A stretch of 64,000 bases of DNA from Phoronis australis (taxonomy: Eukaryota > Animalia > Phoronida), in assembly GCA_002633005.1 (NCBI GenBank), contig NMRA01000300.1:362016-426015 (forward strand). Reading direction: 5' to 3'. The stretch's first letter is position 1. Each line of letters begins with the position of its first letter. A program made the translations under genes and the position numbers. Shown here piece after piece: positions 1 through 13,433 of the stretch. The notes below the pieces were generated by a model. The model was not told where the DNA came from. It did no database searches and saw only the letters and a program-made list of their open reading frames with translations.

Positions 1-106
1 GGCTGCCATGGCTTGCTGAAGGCTGCCATGGCTTGCTGAAGGCTGCCATGGCTTGCTGAAGGCTGCCATGGCTTGCTGAAGGCTGCCATGGCTTGCTGAA
101 GGCTGC
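1..106. repeat. 20-bp tandem repeat (GGCTGCCATGGCTTGCTGAA)n, 5.3 copies visible, runs off the window start
   Basis: Perfect 20-nt periodicity read directly. Confidence 0.95.
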
Positions 107-1457
107 TCTTGCACTCAAAACAAACACATGAGTTGTACTGCAAGATGTTACATTGGCACCCATAGCTCTATGTAGACGTGTACAATCACTACATCAGAAT
201 TCATAAGATGAGTCACTCCAGTTGGAACAGAATCTTTAAAACTTATTGATATCTCAAACGATGGGGCACGAATGACATTCAAAATCCCGTCACAAAGCAG
301 TTACACCAACGTTTGTTCAGGGTAGACACAGTTATTCAAAAGCTATTGACATGCTGAGATCTGCAACTCTGGGTATGACTATAGAGTGGAGTGAGTTAGT
401 CAATAAATGGCCCAACAGAGGTCCTACCGGTACAGATGATCTGTTTGGGGTTTTATTTATTTTCTGTTGTACTTAATAAATGTCTGACAAATTGTAACTG
501 AAGATAGGTTTCATATCTTTAGTTACAATCTATTTTATTCATAATGAAGGTACGTTTACTGGGAGTGGTGTTTCAATATTTCCTTCAACAAAAGTCAAAC
601 TAACCTTAACTTGAGCAGACGATACATTTACTGTAGTCACAACCGTCATGGTAAACATTTGTCCTGGTATGAGTTTAGTTTTGCCGAGTTAGGTTTTGTG
701 ATAGATCTGTTTTTAATTCAATAGTTCTTACTTCTCAGCACAATGTGAAAGTGTCGGCTGGATATTGTTAAGTGCTCCCTTTTCTCCTCAACTTATTGAA
801 AGGGCTGAAAGAAGACAGTTTCAAGATGGACGGTCTTCTGTCTGTGTATGACTTAGGTTCCAGGATAGGTTGGAAACAAAACAATTCGCCAATGGCTAAC
901 TGTATTGGGATTTATGTGTTAACTCCTTGCTGTTTAACAGTTGTTTATGTCAGCCGAGAACAATGGGGAAAATGCAGATTAGACTTAAGTTTAGTCACAC
1001 TAAAGTAATTCACTCATTTTTGGCAGGCGCTCGTGTTTTGAAGTGTGTTAGTTTCAAGGTTTGGCATGGTCTATGAATTATTAAATGGCAAAGACAAAAT
1101 GTCTATGTGTAGACTGTAGTTTATCAAATACATTTTTAATATTGTGCCCTATTTCCTGACTGCTGGTGGCTGTCGATGGCTAACGGTACAACTGTAATTT
1201 GTAAATCAACGTATTTAATTAGGAAATCTCCCTGACTGTCGTGGGAAGTCTGCTGGGCATTAAAAGCTTAGATCTGTGTATGTTCCCGTGTATCCCATTT
1301 ATTTGCTAACTTTTTGGGATATTTTAGACTTTCTTTTATCTACAGCGTGGTACCAAATGAAGATCTGTGTTATTCAATTTTTAAACTTGTCCAAGTTTGT
1401 AATGTATACAGTAGATGAATAAAAATAAATATTTTTCTACAACCAAAGTTCTGTCTC

Positions 1458-1607
1458 TATATTGCTTTTTACCGCCTCTATATATTGCTTTTTACCGCCT
1501 CTATATATTGCTTCTTACCGCCTCTAAACATTGCTTCTTACCGCCTCTATACATTGCTTTTTACCGCCTCTATACGTTGCTTTTTACCGCCTCTATACAT
1601 TGCTTTT
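1458..1607. repeat. 23-bp tandem repeat (ATTGCTTTTTACCGCCTCTATAT)n, about 6 copies
   Basis: Units start at 1461, 1484 and onward, with minor substitutions. Confidence 0.9.
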
Positions 1608-1976
1608 AATCTCGAATGTTTTGTGTAAGTAGCACGAAAATTCACCATCTGACAACCGACGTTTTTAAGCTTAGTCAACGAGGTTTCGCAAGAACGTATA
1701 GTGTGTGTGAACGTGCTTTACGGTAGGAGGAAAAGCTTGGATGGTATTTGACAAGTTTGAATAATATTGGTCACCCTGAACATGAAGACATATATACTGC
1801 TTCCCAGATCGTCTAATTTAGGGTCGTGCATCATGTGTTTCGCTGTAGTGTTTTCCAAGGGTTTTTCGAGGTCGCTGGATGCCCACATTGTCTTTTTGTG
1901 GCTTTATAACTGCCGGGCGTGAAATAAAGCAATCATGGCGCTTATTTTAGTCACACATTGAAAGAGTAGCTGAAGG

Positions 1977-4893
1977 TAAATCTCTAAGTAAAGGGGGGGG
2001 GGGGNTGGCATATTTATGAACTTCTTTTTCAGCAACACGGAATTGAAATGATCATCTGCATAAAGCTTGGACATCAATTCTAACTGGCGAGAAGTACGTG
2101 TTCTAGTCTTAGGCCTACTCGGTTCCTTACTCACAGTGAAAGATTTGAAAATTGGATTGCTCCAGTAAGTTAAATTGTTAAATAAATTTGTATCCACAAA
2201 TACTTTCTTGAAAATTATAAACGTCAAGGAAGACGATACCAACTGAGACATTAAAATACTCTTTTGGGGAGTGTGTTTTGGTTAAAAAGTGTAGAATGAT
2301 CGTGAACATACGCTTTGGTTTCATTTGAATTAAAATGTTCATAAACGGATTTAGGACAAGTTAATTAGGTCGACACTGAAGTGAAAATAATGTTCAGTCA
2401 AGCCCGATGTTATCGGACATGCGTGCTGGGTGATATCCTCAGTTTAGTAAAGTTGGGTTTAGTTAGCAAACTAAAACTGCTAGATTTGACACGTTTTAAC
2501 TTAACATGTTTAGGAAACGATTAGCGATAGTAAATGCAGAGGAGATAAATATTGTGTGTTAATAATGTTTTGCTCACATATGAAAAAAATCCTATGTTTT
2601 AACATTTTTAAAATGAGAGGTGGCGACAGTTTGAACATTGAAAACTTGACGAGTGAAACGACAAAATGACGTCATGCTATTTGCACTAGCTGAAATTCAG
2701 TGTCTATCCCCGATGTCCATAATTTTGCAAATAAATTGGTTAAGATTCAGTGAATTCAAAGTTCGTATTAATTCGTAAAGTTCCAGCAGCAGGTTTACCA
2801 ATAGTCTGCCTTCAGTAAAACTGCGCTGCCCAGTACACTGAACTCCGCCGGAGTCAGATTCAGTTTACAAATTCTTCCAGCTCTAGACCTTATTTTGGTT
2901 GGGATCCTTCAGTCTTATCTTTATAGGTCACGATGAACCTTGCATAACTCAGTGGCACGTGACCTAAATTAACCTTTAGTTATGAAATCATAACTGTGAC
3001 GGACTATAACCCGAACAAAAAGTCATCATTTTCGTTCGTAGTCACACTGAAATCTTAGTTGTTCACTGTTTTGGGTAGTCAACGTTCAGAGTGCACAAAT
3101 ACCACAGGCCATTCTTGGACGACCAACAACCAGGTTAGTCTTTTGTTCTTTAATTATATTAGCGCTGNNNNNNNNNNNNNNNNNNNNNNNNNNNNNNNNN
3201 NNNNNNNNNNNNNNNNNNNNNNNNNNNNNNNNNNNNNNNNNNNNNNNNNNNNNNNNNNNNNNNNNNNNNNNNNNNNNNNNNNNNNNNNNNNNNNNNNNNN
3301 NNNNNNNNNNNNNNNNNNNNNNNNNNNNNNNNNNNNNNNNNNNNNNNNNNNNNNNNNNNNNNNNNNNNNNNNNNNNNNNNNNNNNNNNNNNNNNNNNNNN
3401 NNNNNNNNNNNNNNNNNNNNNNNNNNNNNNNNNNNNNNNNNNNNNNNNNNNNNNNNNNNNNNNNNNNNNNNNNNNNNNNNNNNNNNNNNNNNNNNNNNNN
3501 NNNNNNNNNNNNNNNNNNNNNNNNNNNNNNNNNNNNNNNNNNNNNNNNNNNNNNNNNNNNNNNNNNNNNNNNNNNNNNNNNNNNNNNNNNNNNNNNNNNN
3601 NNNNNNNNNNNNNNNNNNNNNNNNNNNNNNNNNNNNNNNNNNNNNNNNNNNNNNNNNNNNNNNNNNNNNNNNNNNNNNNNNNNNNNNNNNNNNNNNNNNN
3701 NNNNNNNNNNNNNNNNNNNNNNNNNNNNNNNNNNNNNNNNNNNNNNNNNNNNNNNNNNNNNNNNNNNNNNNNNNNNNNNNNNNNNNNNNNNNNNNNNNNN
3801 NNNNNNNNNNNNNNNNNNNNNNNNNNNNNNNNNNNNAAATCTCCGGGGGGGGGGGGCGAGGCATATTTATGAACTTCTTTTTCAGCAACACGGAATTGAA
3901 ATGATCATCTGCATAAAGTTTGGACATCAGTTTTAACTGGCGAGAGTTACGTGTTCTAGTCTTAGGCCTACTCAGTTCCTTACTCATAGTGAAAGATTTG
4001 AAAATTAGATTGCTCCAGTAAGTTAGATTGTTAAATAAATTCGTGTCCACAATACTTTCTTGAAAATTATAAACGTCAAGGAAGACGATACCAACTGAGA
4101 CATTAAAATACCCTTTCGGGGAGTGTGTTTTGGTTAAAAAGTCTAGAATGATCTTGAACATACTCTTTCGTTTCATTTGAGTTAAAATGCTCATAAACGG
4201 ATTTTGGGCAAGTTAATTAGGTCGACACTGAAGTGAAAATAATGACAGTAAATGTAGAGAAGATAAAGATTGTGTGTTAATAATTTTTCTAATATTGCTC
4301 ACATATGTAAAAAAAACTCGTATGTTTTAACATTTAATGAGAGGTGGCGACAGTTTGAACATTGAAAACTTGACGAGTGAAACGACAAAATGACGTCATG
4401 CTATTGGCGCTAGCTGAAATTCAGTGTCGGGATACAGTTATCCCCGATGTCCATAATTTTGCAAATAACCACAATGATTACTAAGTTGGTTAAGATTCAG
4501 TGAATTCGAAGTTCGTATTAATTCGTAAAGTTCCAGCAGTAGATTTACCAACAGCCTGCCGTTAGTAAAACCGCGCTGCCCAATACTGAACTTCGCCGTC
4601 GGAGATTCAGTTTACAAATTGTTCGAGATCTTGGCCTGATTTTGGTTGGGATCCTTCTTATCTTTATAGGTCACGATGAACCTTACATAACTCAATGGCA
4701 CGTGACCTAAATTAACCTTTAGTTATGAAATCATAACTGTGACGGACTATAACCTGAACAAAAAGTTATCATTTTCGTTCGTAGTCGCACTGAAGTCTTA
4801 GTTGTTCGCTGTTTCGGGTAGTCAACGCTCAGAGTGCACAAATACCACAGGACATCCTTGTACGACCAACAACCAGGTTAGTCATTAGCGCTG
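1977..4893. repeat. ~1.1-kb direct duplication (1977-3167 vs 3837-4893) either side of an N gap (3168-3836); probably two haplotypes or an assembly artefact
   Basis: Both copies start AAATCTC-polyG-GCATATTTATGAAC and end ATTAGCGCTG. They differ by scattered SNPs and a ~135-bp indel (about 2392-2527, copy 1 only). Confidence 0.85.
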
Positions 4894-4912
4894 CTTGTAT
4901 TTGTTCGCACAC

Positions 4913-5038
4913 CAGTGGCGGACTTAGGGGGCCAAGGCCCCCTAAAATTCTCCCTGATTCTATTTGGCAGTTCGGGGGACGGGTGCGAATGTGTGACGGG
5001 CAAAAACCTGGCTCAAGTATTCCGCCCTGCNGCTCCTG
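4913..5038 (+). mobile_element. CAGTGGCGGA-type MITE, same family as 29397-29571
   Basis: Shares internal CCCCCTAAAATT..ATTTGGCAGTTCGGGGG..GTGCGAATGT..ACGGGCAAAA with the 29397 copy; flanks CACAC/CACTC. Confidence 0.65.
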
Positions 5039-5203
5039 CACTCTTCGTTGAAACGCTTTACATTCACTCAGTTGTAGTAACTGATTCTCGTTTTCTTTGA
5101 CTTAAACTGAACTTCCAAATTTGGAGTCAATTGTGTCTAACCGATCGCACCATGAAAGAGTAAACCTACTCCGAGGTCGAACCATCCTTTTTCAGGGTTA
5201 ACC

Positions 5204-5351
5204 CATGGACGGCGCACCATAGGGGGCTTTTGTCAGTGCTACGCCGCACATGGTCTATAGGCGGTGCACCACAGGGGGGCTGAGGGGGCTTTAGCCCCCC
5301 CNNNNNNNCCCCCCCCCCCCCGCCACTTTTTTCATTGCTGCGCCGCCCATG
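5204..5351 (+). mobile_element. Dimeric micro-MITE (TIR CATGGGCGGCGCA) with 5-bp TSD TAACC
   Basis: TAACC|CATGGACGGCGCA...TGCGCCGCCCATG|TAACC; two head-to-tail units joined by GTC. Confidence 0.75.
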
Positions 5352-6078
5352 TAACCTTGCTATCATGATGGCACAACATCGCTCGGATATATTCGCCTTA
5401 CGGACACTGAGTGCCAGACTAGATTTCAGTCTACTAAGTTATCTAAATTACGGGGGCCTCATAGTGTACGCCATACTTTATAAACTTGTTAGTACTTTCT
5501 ACTCGTGTGAAAAGTGACTTTTTAAAATGGGTGCGCCTGCACTCAAGTCAAATACAGACCTGCGTGTAATGTTATTAAACTTGCCAGACGTTTTACAAAT
5601 TTGAGAAGCAAAATACAGCCACACATCGTACTGCAGACAATAATTAAGGTGGAATAGGTATGAATGTATGCATAAATTAATGCTTGCAAATTAATTAGCA
5701 GGCATGCTTGATATTTTCACCGGTTTATCATCCTTATGACCGTAACCTGGCTTACACAAGTTGCTTATCATAGTAAATACACATTGTACCTCCTGTGACT
5801 CATGACCTCTGTAACATGACCCGCTCAACTTCAAACCGACGTTACTCCACACAACGCCAATGCGATGTCATGGTGTAAAATACTTAAAAACCTAAAAAAT
5901 AAAGCATGCAATGAGCTCCGTTCAAATAGGCCTTTGTGAAACTTAGTTACACGACTCGAGATATCGTGCACTATCATCTCTGTCACATGGTGTAATTAGA
6001 CGTCATAACTCAGCCTGAGTTTCATTCAACGTGTTGCTGCGTGTTGCATTAAACCAATCATCACATTTTTTTCAGACC

Positions 6079-6190
6079 ATGGCTAAGCATCAATGGTTTC
6101 ACGTGGTTATCGTCATAGTGACGGTCTTAACAACGATTGTGTCCATCACCATCAGCGCGATATCAGCGTCACCTCTCGGTCAAAAGTCAG
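6079..6190 (+). CDS. Exon 1 of an uncharacterised multi-pass membrane protein (CDS join 6079..6190,6981..7822; 317 aa)
   Basis: ACCATGG start context; hydrophobic MAKHQWFHVVIVIVTVLTTIVSITISAIS; donor CAG|GTAGGC in phase 1 matches the exon 2 acceptor. Confidence 0.75.
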
Positions 6191-6980
6191 GTAGGCTGGT
6201 TCATAAAAACAATCCACGTTTTAGGGTGACGGTTCTTGTTCATAAAATGTTTGAAGGAGCGAAACACCCACGAATGTCTGGGCCATATACATGAAGTAAT
6301 GCGTGGGGGACCATGCGCCAAAGGGACTAGGATCTTTAGAAAGAGAACGAGTCCTCCTAACCTGCCACAACTGTTACCCATGGTATAACTTCAAGTTGAG
6401 CTAAAATCACATGACTGTTACCTTGGTATACGGAACTCCTGACTACAACAGGTTGCAAGTAGCTTCATTAAAAATTTTACATTACAGAGTTCACTCTTTG
6501 CTTTTGCCGCATGAACACCGAAACTAATAACTCACCTTTCGGCAGTCATTTACTGACTTAGGCCTCGACAGCCAAGTTTGTATCACGAATTGTGCTCTAG
6601 CAGTCTGGAGCTCAATTGACTCAAAATATAAGGTAGCAACTTTAGTTGAATGTAATACAATAGCAAAGGCCTGGTGAATCTACCTCCTCCTGGGACCTCC
6701 GTGTACTGCGTCCATGGATCTTAAGAAACTTTTCTACATTCACAATTTGAACACAGAGGCCAGTTCAAATAAAAATATTCGTTGTACAGTAATATCACCG
6801 CAGTGCTCTTGTTAAAAAGATTGGCACACATTGATTTCAGAAATTAGGCACCCGCCCGTGTCATCGCGCACCTGAACTGGTCGAACGTATTACACAAAAT
6901 GTGACGACCCGTTCATGTTGTTATTCATGTATCCGTTTCTTGACTTACATTCTGATTAGTATGTACGCATTGTTTTGCAG

Positions 6981-7822
6981 GGCTTTTCTTGAACACAAAT
7001 GTTGAAATATCTGACGAGTACTTCATCGAGATAACACCAAATAATTGGACATTTTCAATATGGGGATTCATTTACACCTGGCAGTGCCTTTGGTTGATCT
7101 ATGCAGTTGTAACGCTCTTCCGCAAGACTGAGAATGGAGAATATTTTTACCAAAGATACAACCTGTTACCCAACATTGCCTTCCTCGCGTATATAGTCAC
7201 CCAGATTGGTAATATGGTATGGAGCTTCATGTTCGACCGTCAGCTTGTTGGTTGGAGTTTGGCGCCCATTGCCTGCATCCCAATTTCTCTGTACGTGGCC
7301 CTGATAGTGACGCATCGACGACTTCACATGGACGGCGCGGATTTGTTGCAGAATGGGTATAGAAAAGACGTATGGTTGGTGAGAATTCTTGTTCACAACG
7401 GCCTGGCGATTTACGCCACTTGGACCTCGGTAGCAACACTGCTCAACCTCGCCATCATGTTAGTATACAGAGCTGGTGTTGACATGGAAACCGCGTGCCG
7501 AGTGTCCTTAGGAATACTCATTGGACTAGTCGTGTTGCTAGCGTCGGCAGAAATCACCGTGTTTGAGCGTTACGCGCGCTACACGTTTATTCACTACCTG
7601 ACATTGATTTTCGCGCTGTCTGGTGTCATTTCCAAAAATTATGACTCTCCTGTCACTACCATGACATTCACTTTGCTTGGAATAGCCATCGGTTTCGCGC
7701 TCTCCAAAATGGCATTGCTCGTGTACAGGAAACCGCGAGAGCCGCTGTTGACTGAATTCGATCGCGTGACGAGATCTGAAGTGGAGCTGGCTCCCCGCAT
7801 CTGTCGTCCAGCAATGAAGTAG
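6981..7822 (+). CDS. Exon 2 of the multi-pass membrane protein (family with ISDxY..EITPxxWTFSIWGFIY motif, loosely TspO/MBR-like)
   Basis: Acceptor TGTTTTGCAG at 6980; long ORF with about 7 hydrophobic segments; motifs EITPNNWTFSIWGFIY and NGLAIYATWTSVATLLN. Confidence 0.85.
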
Positions 7823-8308
7823 TCACAAAACGCGGCAATGACTTAACTTCAGTGACCACTGTAAATATGACTATGTTCACAATTACAAGGATTAATTGAA
7901 GCATTTTATTTTTGTTATTATACAAAGTTCTACTACAATTTGCTGCCTGTTATTTGAGCGCCAATGCCGAACCAGTGTTTACTGACGCAATGGTGCCCCA
8001 TGACAGTCTTGTACGTTTTATTGTAAAAGTCTTGTAATTTTTTAATTGAAATTATGCAAGCATCTCCACAAGGTTGGATTGGTTCATCGTTCGGTGAATG
8101 AGCTGCGAACCCAACTGTGCTGCAGTTCACAAATGAAATTGCACTGTCGCCTCAACAGTCAGTCTAAGACAGGTTTCAGTCTGAGCCAAAACCCCTTTGC
8201 ACCGACTCGCTCAATGTTCGAGTGTCTCGAAACGTACAGTCTTAAGCAAAGGGTACAATTATTTTAAACACAAACCCTCGACATTTAATTTAGACAAGTA
8301 GCGCTCGT

Positions 8309-8830
8309 TCAGTCTTTGTATGGCTGAAACAGTTTTATGGGCTTTTTTACTTGCGATGGTGTCTCGGTAGAAATTGGTGCCGTTACCGGAAGTGGTGTGC
8401 TCCCCGTGAAGAATTGTCTGCAGTTGCAAGAGACAGAGTCTTGTGCGGAACAAATGGCTGAACAAACCGACTGAGGCAAAACGCTGGGTGACGTATGAGT
8501 CCTCGGTATTGTCGGAAGCGCTGCTTCTGCGACAGAAACGCAGTGCCCTGTGCTCACAATATTTGACGTAGATGGCACTGGTGGTAAATCCGGGCGTGAC
8601 CTCAGCTGACCTGTATGAAGGCCAATGACTGCCGGAGCATATGGTGAGCCCGGCGGTCGTGGGAAACCAGGCAGTAAACTTATGGGAGTGCTGGGCTGTA
8701 GATAGCCTCCCAAACCGGCTGCGTTCATGAGGTACGCGTAAAAACTTGGATCTGCCGCTGCCAGACTGTACGGCCAGGCCATGGCCATTCGCTGACGCTT
8801 GTCTTTCATACGTCTATTTTGGAACCATAC
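8309..8830 (-). CDS. Evx: Even-skipped homeobox protein, exon 3 (homeodomain helix 3 and C-terminus)
   Basis: Translates [21 protein letters not shown]...KLFQPYKD*; acceptor TTCTAG before 8830. Confidence 0.95.
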   Translation of the reverse strand, partial: VWFQNRRMKDKRQRMAMAWPYSLAAADPSFYAYLMNAAGLGGYLQPSTPISLLPGFPRPPGSPYAPAVIGLHTGQLRSRPDLPPVPSTSNIVSTGHCVSVAEAALPTIPRTHTSPSVLPQSVCSAICSAQDSVSCNCRQFFTGSTPLPVTAPISTETPSQVKKPIKLFQPYKD

Positions 8831-10500
8831 CTAGAACGTCAAAACAGTGTTATTATAAATGTGAAGCGACAACAAAAGCGTTTGCTGACCTTCCCAAACT
8901 TTTATCGCGGCATTCCTCGCATTAAAAAGATAGTAGAAATTCGCAGAAACTTCTATTTTGCACAGCTCAATGACATACGCCTAATTGTCAACAAAATTGG
9001 AAATCTCAGGAGGTTCATTCGAAAATTCGCAGAAATCTTTCCCATAAACCGAACTCTACAGAAGAGTTTCATGCGTTGTGAACATGTCCGATTATTTGGT
9101 TATTAAAAACAACAAAAAGGCCCTATTATCATGCGCGGTTGATACCCCACCAAAGTTATGCTATAGGTCTAGTAGGCCTATAGCATAACCAGTGCTGTAC
9201 CGGCAGTCAGTTAAAATTAGAGGTAAATAGGCGCCCAATGCCCACCCGTACTCACCTTGAGCGCGGAATTTTAAAAGTGCACTGAATTCGCAACATAACG
9301 TATTTTACGGTGCGCAGGCGCTACGTTTAAATGCCACTAAAAGGTGGTTGGTTGAGCCTACGTGCGCCTACTCCCCACTGCAGCACTGAGCCTAACACCT
9401 ACGCAAGGGTAACCTTTTACAGAGGCTCTTTTTAATCCTAGAAAGTCTTTAAACGTGTGCTTATCCACATTTTCCAGGGGCACACCCCCTACAAATATAG
9501 TGCTGCACAGCCAAGTTTTAGTTTCGTAGTTGTCGTGAACTTTGTCTCGCTGTTGGTAGCGACCTCTATCGGTAATAACTATTCCACCGCAACATCTGGT
9601 TATCAGCACGACACAAGTAGCCTTTATGATAACACATCTCTCGTCAATAATAACGCAGGCGTCTAAATATCACTGTCGTTGACCATTATCTGGGAAATGT
9701 GTATTGGAATGGGTTTCAATGATACCTCTTTATGTCATTGTAAATTAAGCAATTCTTTGGTATAATGCATTATGATGAGATCCAATTTAGATAACGGCGC
9801 ATGACGAGTGATTAACGCATTTTTCTGTCAAGTGTTTTTCTGTTATTTTCCTTTTTCGATGTATGAAACGCTGTTAAAATCAGTCGTGGCTTATAGGCAA
9901 ACTGAACCATTGAAAGCATGCACGGAATTGGAAGTAGTACGAAAATATTAAGGAATCTTACAACAGCTTGACCTTGTATTTCCTGAACGCATCGCGTAAA
10001 TAAATATATGCGTAAATAGATATATTCTTCGGATAATAACAAAGCTAACTAATAATTAGTGTTACTCCTACATGTATTCAAACAGGTGCTGCACCATGTA
10101 TGGCGCTGCATCTCATATGATTGATTTTAAAATAAATGATAAATAATGTGTTTCAAAGTTTACATTTTTATTATTTAGAAATAAACAATAAGAACGACAT
10201 TGACAGCCTGTGAAAATAACGTGTAAATAGAATTTGTTTTCGTGAATTAACATAAAGACAGATTACTACGCCAGATCATGACTCGCACCTTGTACCGTGT
10301 TTAAATTTTAGTCCACGCAGAACCCTGAGAATAACATTCATTCTTGAAGAGAAAAGAGACGCAAGTATTTGTCTCTGGATTAAGTACGTCTATGATTACA
10401 GAGTGTGTAAAACACATATTTTTAGAGGTGAGGTCCTTTCGCGTTCTAAGATAAAAATAGATGAAAAGCGCCATAGAAAACGATCGTTAATACGTCGTAC

Positions 10501-10664
10501 CTTGATTGTGCTTTCTGGTAGATTAAGTGTGGCCGCTAATTCACATCTTCGTGGACGGGAGACATAGTTTTCTCTATAAAATTCCTTCTCCAGTCGGGCG
10601 ATCTGTTCTCTGGTGAAAGCTGTTCTGTACCTGCGGATAGACGGGTCCTCAGGGGGGCAAGAAT
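10501..10664 (-). CDS. Evx: Even-skipped homeobox protein, exon 2 (homeodomain helices 1-2)
   Basis: Translates [54 protein letters not shown]; acceptor TTACAG, donor GTACGA; phase 0 into exon 3. Confidence 0.95.
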
Positions 10665-13385
10665 CTGTAAATAAATTATTTACAATTTTTTTAATTTATC
10701 CAACAATGATACAAAAAGTTGAAACATTTAGTTTCAATTATCAAATTTCGTTTTTTTTTCTCGACCTGACCTTCTGTCCAGTCTGTTCAAAACTAGTACA
10801 CGCAGCGATAAGAAGTCCGGGAATGCGATGTAAAGAAGGATTTGAATAGCAGCGGTCGAGCTATCCTTGATAAACTATTAGACAAACGCATAACTTTAAA
10901 AAGAGAGACTGATAAAACTTGGTGACTAAGTGGGAAAATGTGCATAATTACTTAAAAATGACATCTGTCGAGACTGGATAAAATGAGACCAGAAACTTGT
11001 AAACCACTCCAAAGTTCTCGTCATTTGTCTTCAGGCAGTACTTGATGAAAGGCCACTCTCGTCAGGCTCAAAAGTTAACGTTTTTAATATTTGCTTTTAC
11101 CTGATTTTAAAGTGTTTCAACAGTTTTTACATTGTGCATAATTAATTTAGTTAGGGACGGATGTAAAATAGAATAAACTATTAAGTCAAAATAACGAGCA
11201 AAAAGACGTCATTGATAAACAGGAAATGGTAAAGAAAACAAAAGAAGTCGAATTAGCTCACAATACATTTGTCGTCTTTGAAGTTTTTCACTTCGAAAAC
11301 AAGTTCAGGTTTTTGTAAAACAAACGTGGAAACAACTGTGATGGCTTAATTAGTAATATTCCTCGTGTAATCATTGCTCCCTTCCGATGCATATTAAACC
11401 AAATCACCGCCTCAGGATTTCTTTGCTTTCATATTTCGTTCTCTCAATGAAAGTTAGATTTATCACAACTCTCCTGTGAATCTTCGCATTGATGTGTTAC
11501 AGCACAATCTGACACAATTCCATTTTGTTACCACGTTGTGATTAGCATCCATAAACAGACAATTTCCTCCAACAATGCACCGTAATCACTTTACTTCCGT
11601 CATATAATGACCGGCCAGGCAATTTTTTATTGACAAAAGAGCACGTGGGGATTCAGGTGCGAGTAGTTTATCCTGAAGGTATGACGCAATTTCCACACAT
11701 TGTTTTCTATTGTTTGACTGGAATAATACAGACTGCAGTAAAGCGATGAAGAGAGCTCCACTTCTGCTGGAAGGTGGGCATAAAGACAAAAATATTGTTT
11801 CCAAATAAACAATCATCGTCCATGCATGTTCCCGGTAATATTTGTTAAACTCGACACCGAGTGTCATATAATGAGTGTGTGCTGTTGTGTGACGCCGTCT
11901 ACACTAGTCCTGCCACAGAGGGTTTATTAAACAGCTTTGTTGGTTGTCAGGCTAGCGGTGTTTTCTTTGAATGAAGTAGATTTTTCATTAGAAATAAAAT
12001 ACATGTAGTAATAAAATCCAAAACATTTTCGTGGTCAAAGAGGCGCCGTGATGTTGCTTCGCTAGCTCATACTGATGTCACGCCCGACAGCTGCGTAAAT
12101 TTTGTCTTGTGGGAGGTTCGATGAAAAAAATATTGGGCGAAATAGCTGCACGAAAATAGTTCTTACCAAGGCAGGTAGTCACGTGTCAAACAGAAATCGT
12201 TTGCTAAGAATACTAACTAAACTTGAGTTATTTTAGACTTCAAAATTGTAAAGGTGCGCATTCATTTCCATCTAGACTTAAAAACGCAATTTGTCGCGTT
12301 GAGTAATGCGAGCGTCAATTTTATCAGTGAGAAAGGCGACAACGGTCATTTTCCCACTTGTTAGTAATCGCCCACATTCGCCGGCCACGAGCCATTTGAT
12401 GTCGTCACCTTACGACTCACTTACGTAATACTCTCAAAGACAAGACGTTCGTTTACGGGCCACACACAGGAGTGGGGAAAGACTCGCTTTAATTTGGAAA
12501 ACTCGTAACGACTATAAAGTGTGCTTCTGGCGACGTCTGATGTCCTGTTGATTATTCTACTCATAAACATTTGAGACCAAATCACGCCTTTGAAATTTCG
12601 GTCGAGGTTACGACTCCCTATCAGAGCGCTCTTGCAATTTTAGCCACTGGAATAGAATGGATGTGTTCACGAATAAATGCCGAATGAAACATGGATAGTC
12701 TATAGACCCCTGTCTTATTCTATTACATTATCGCACCTCTCACTTGAATCACTCATTCTCCGTTACCCCCAGTAAGAGACAGAAAAATTCCACAACAGCA
12801 CAATAATAAGATTATGCAAACATCGTGTTTTTCTTTATAATTATATGAAATAACCGTAGCCATCAGCTGAAAATTTTCTCTGGGTTTTGTGCTTTTATAA
12901 AGCCGTCCGTCGGAGTCGCTCGGCGTCAATAAAGGACTAACGAAGGCGTAAAACTGGTAATAAACCGAATGTGTTACTTTTGCAATACACAGTGCGGGGT
13001 GTATTGGAACTCACCGTGTATCTTATGTGTGGCTAGATGATGAATTTGATGATTTTACGAATATCATAAAACAGAGTAATTAAGAGAATTAGAAACTTTA
13101 CGAGCACCGGCGGATGTTTTTATTGCAGGCATTCGACGTGTGTCAAAGGCCATGCGTCTCTGCCGTATTACCATACTCAGTTTATGTCTGTTGCTTTATA
13201 CTTCATCACCAAATGATATTTCTTTGTGCAATAGTTGCTCTTCCCGAAATACGTTCAGTAGATGCGAAATGATATGTCACACATAAACCTTGCATTTCGA
13301 CAACCACGTATTACGTTTTATTCAACTGTAGTCTTGCTACACGTTTTTAGCTGATGGTGAAACCAACCACTTTTATGAACTTTTC

Positions 13386-13433
13386 TATTCGTCATCAGTA
13401 ATATTCGTCATCAGTAATATTCGTCATCAGTAA
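13386..13433. repeat. Perfect 16-bp triplication TATTCGTCATCAGTAA x3 in Evx intron 1
   Basis: Read directly. Confidence 0.9.

Noticed and set aside
107-1400. Possible degraded retroelement coding sequence on the minus strand (CxxxxCxxC and HRQPP-like fragments)
   Set aside because: Too many stops and no diagnostic RT or endonuclease motif could be assembled by eye.
3059-4194. ORFs of 281 and 346 aa
   Set aside because: They are artefacts of the N gap.
13386-13433. CTGATGA...GAA on the minus strand as a hammerhead
   Set aside because: There is no stem II and no GAAA box; it is a simple triplication.
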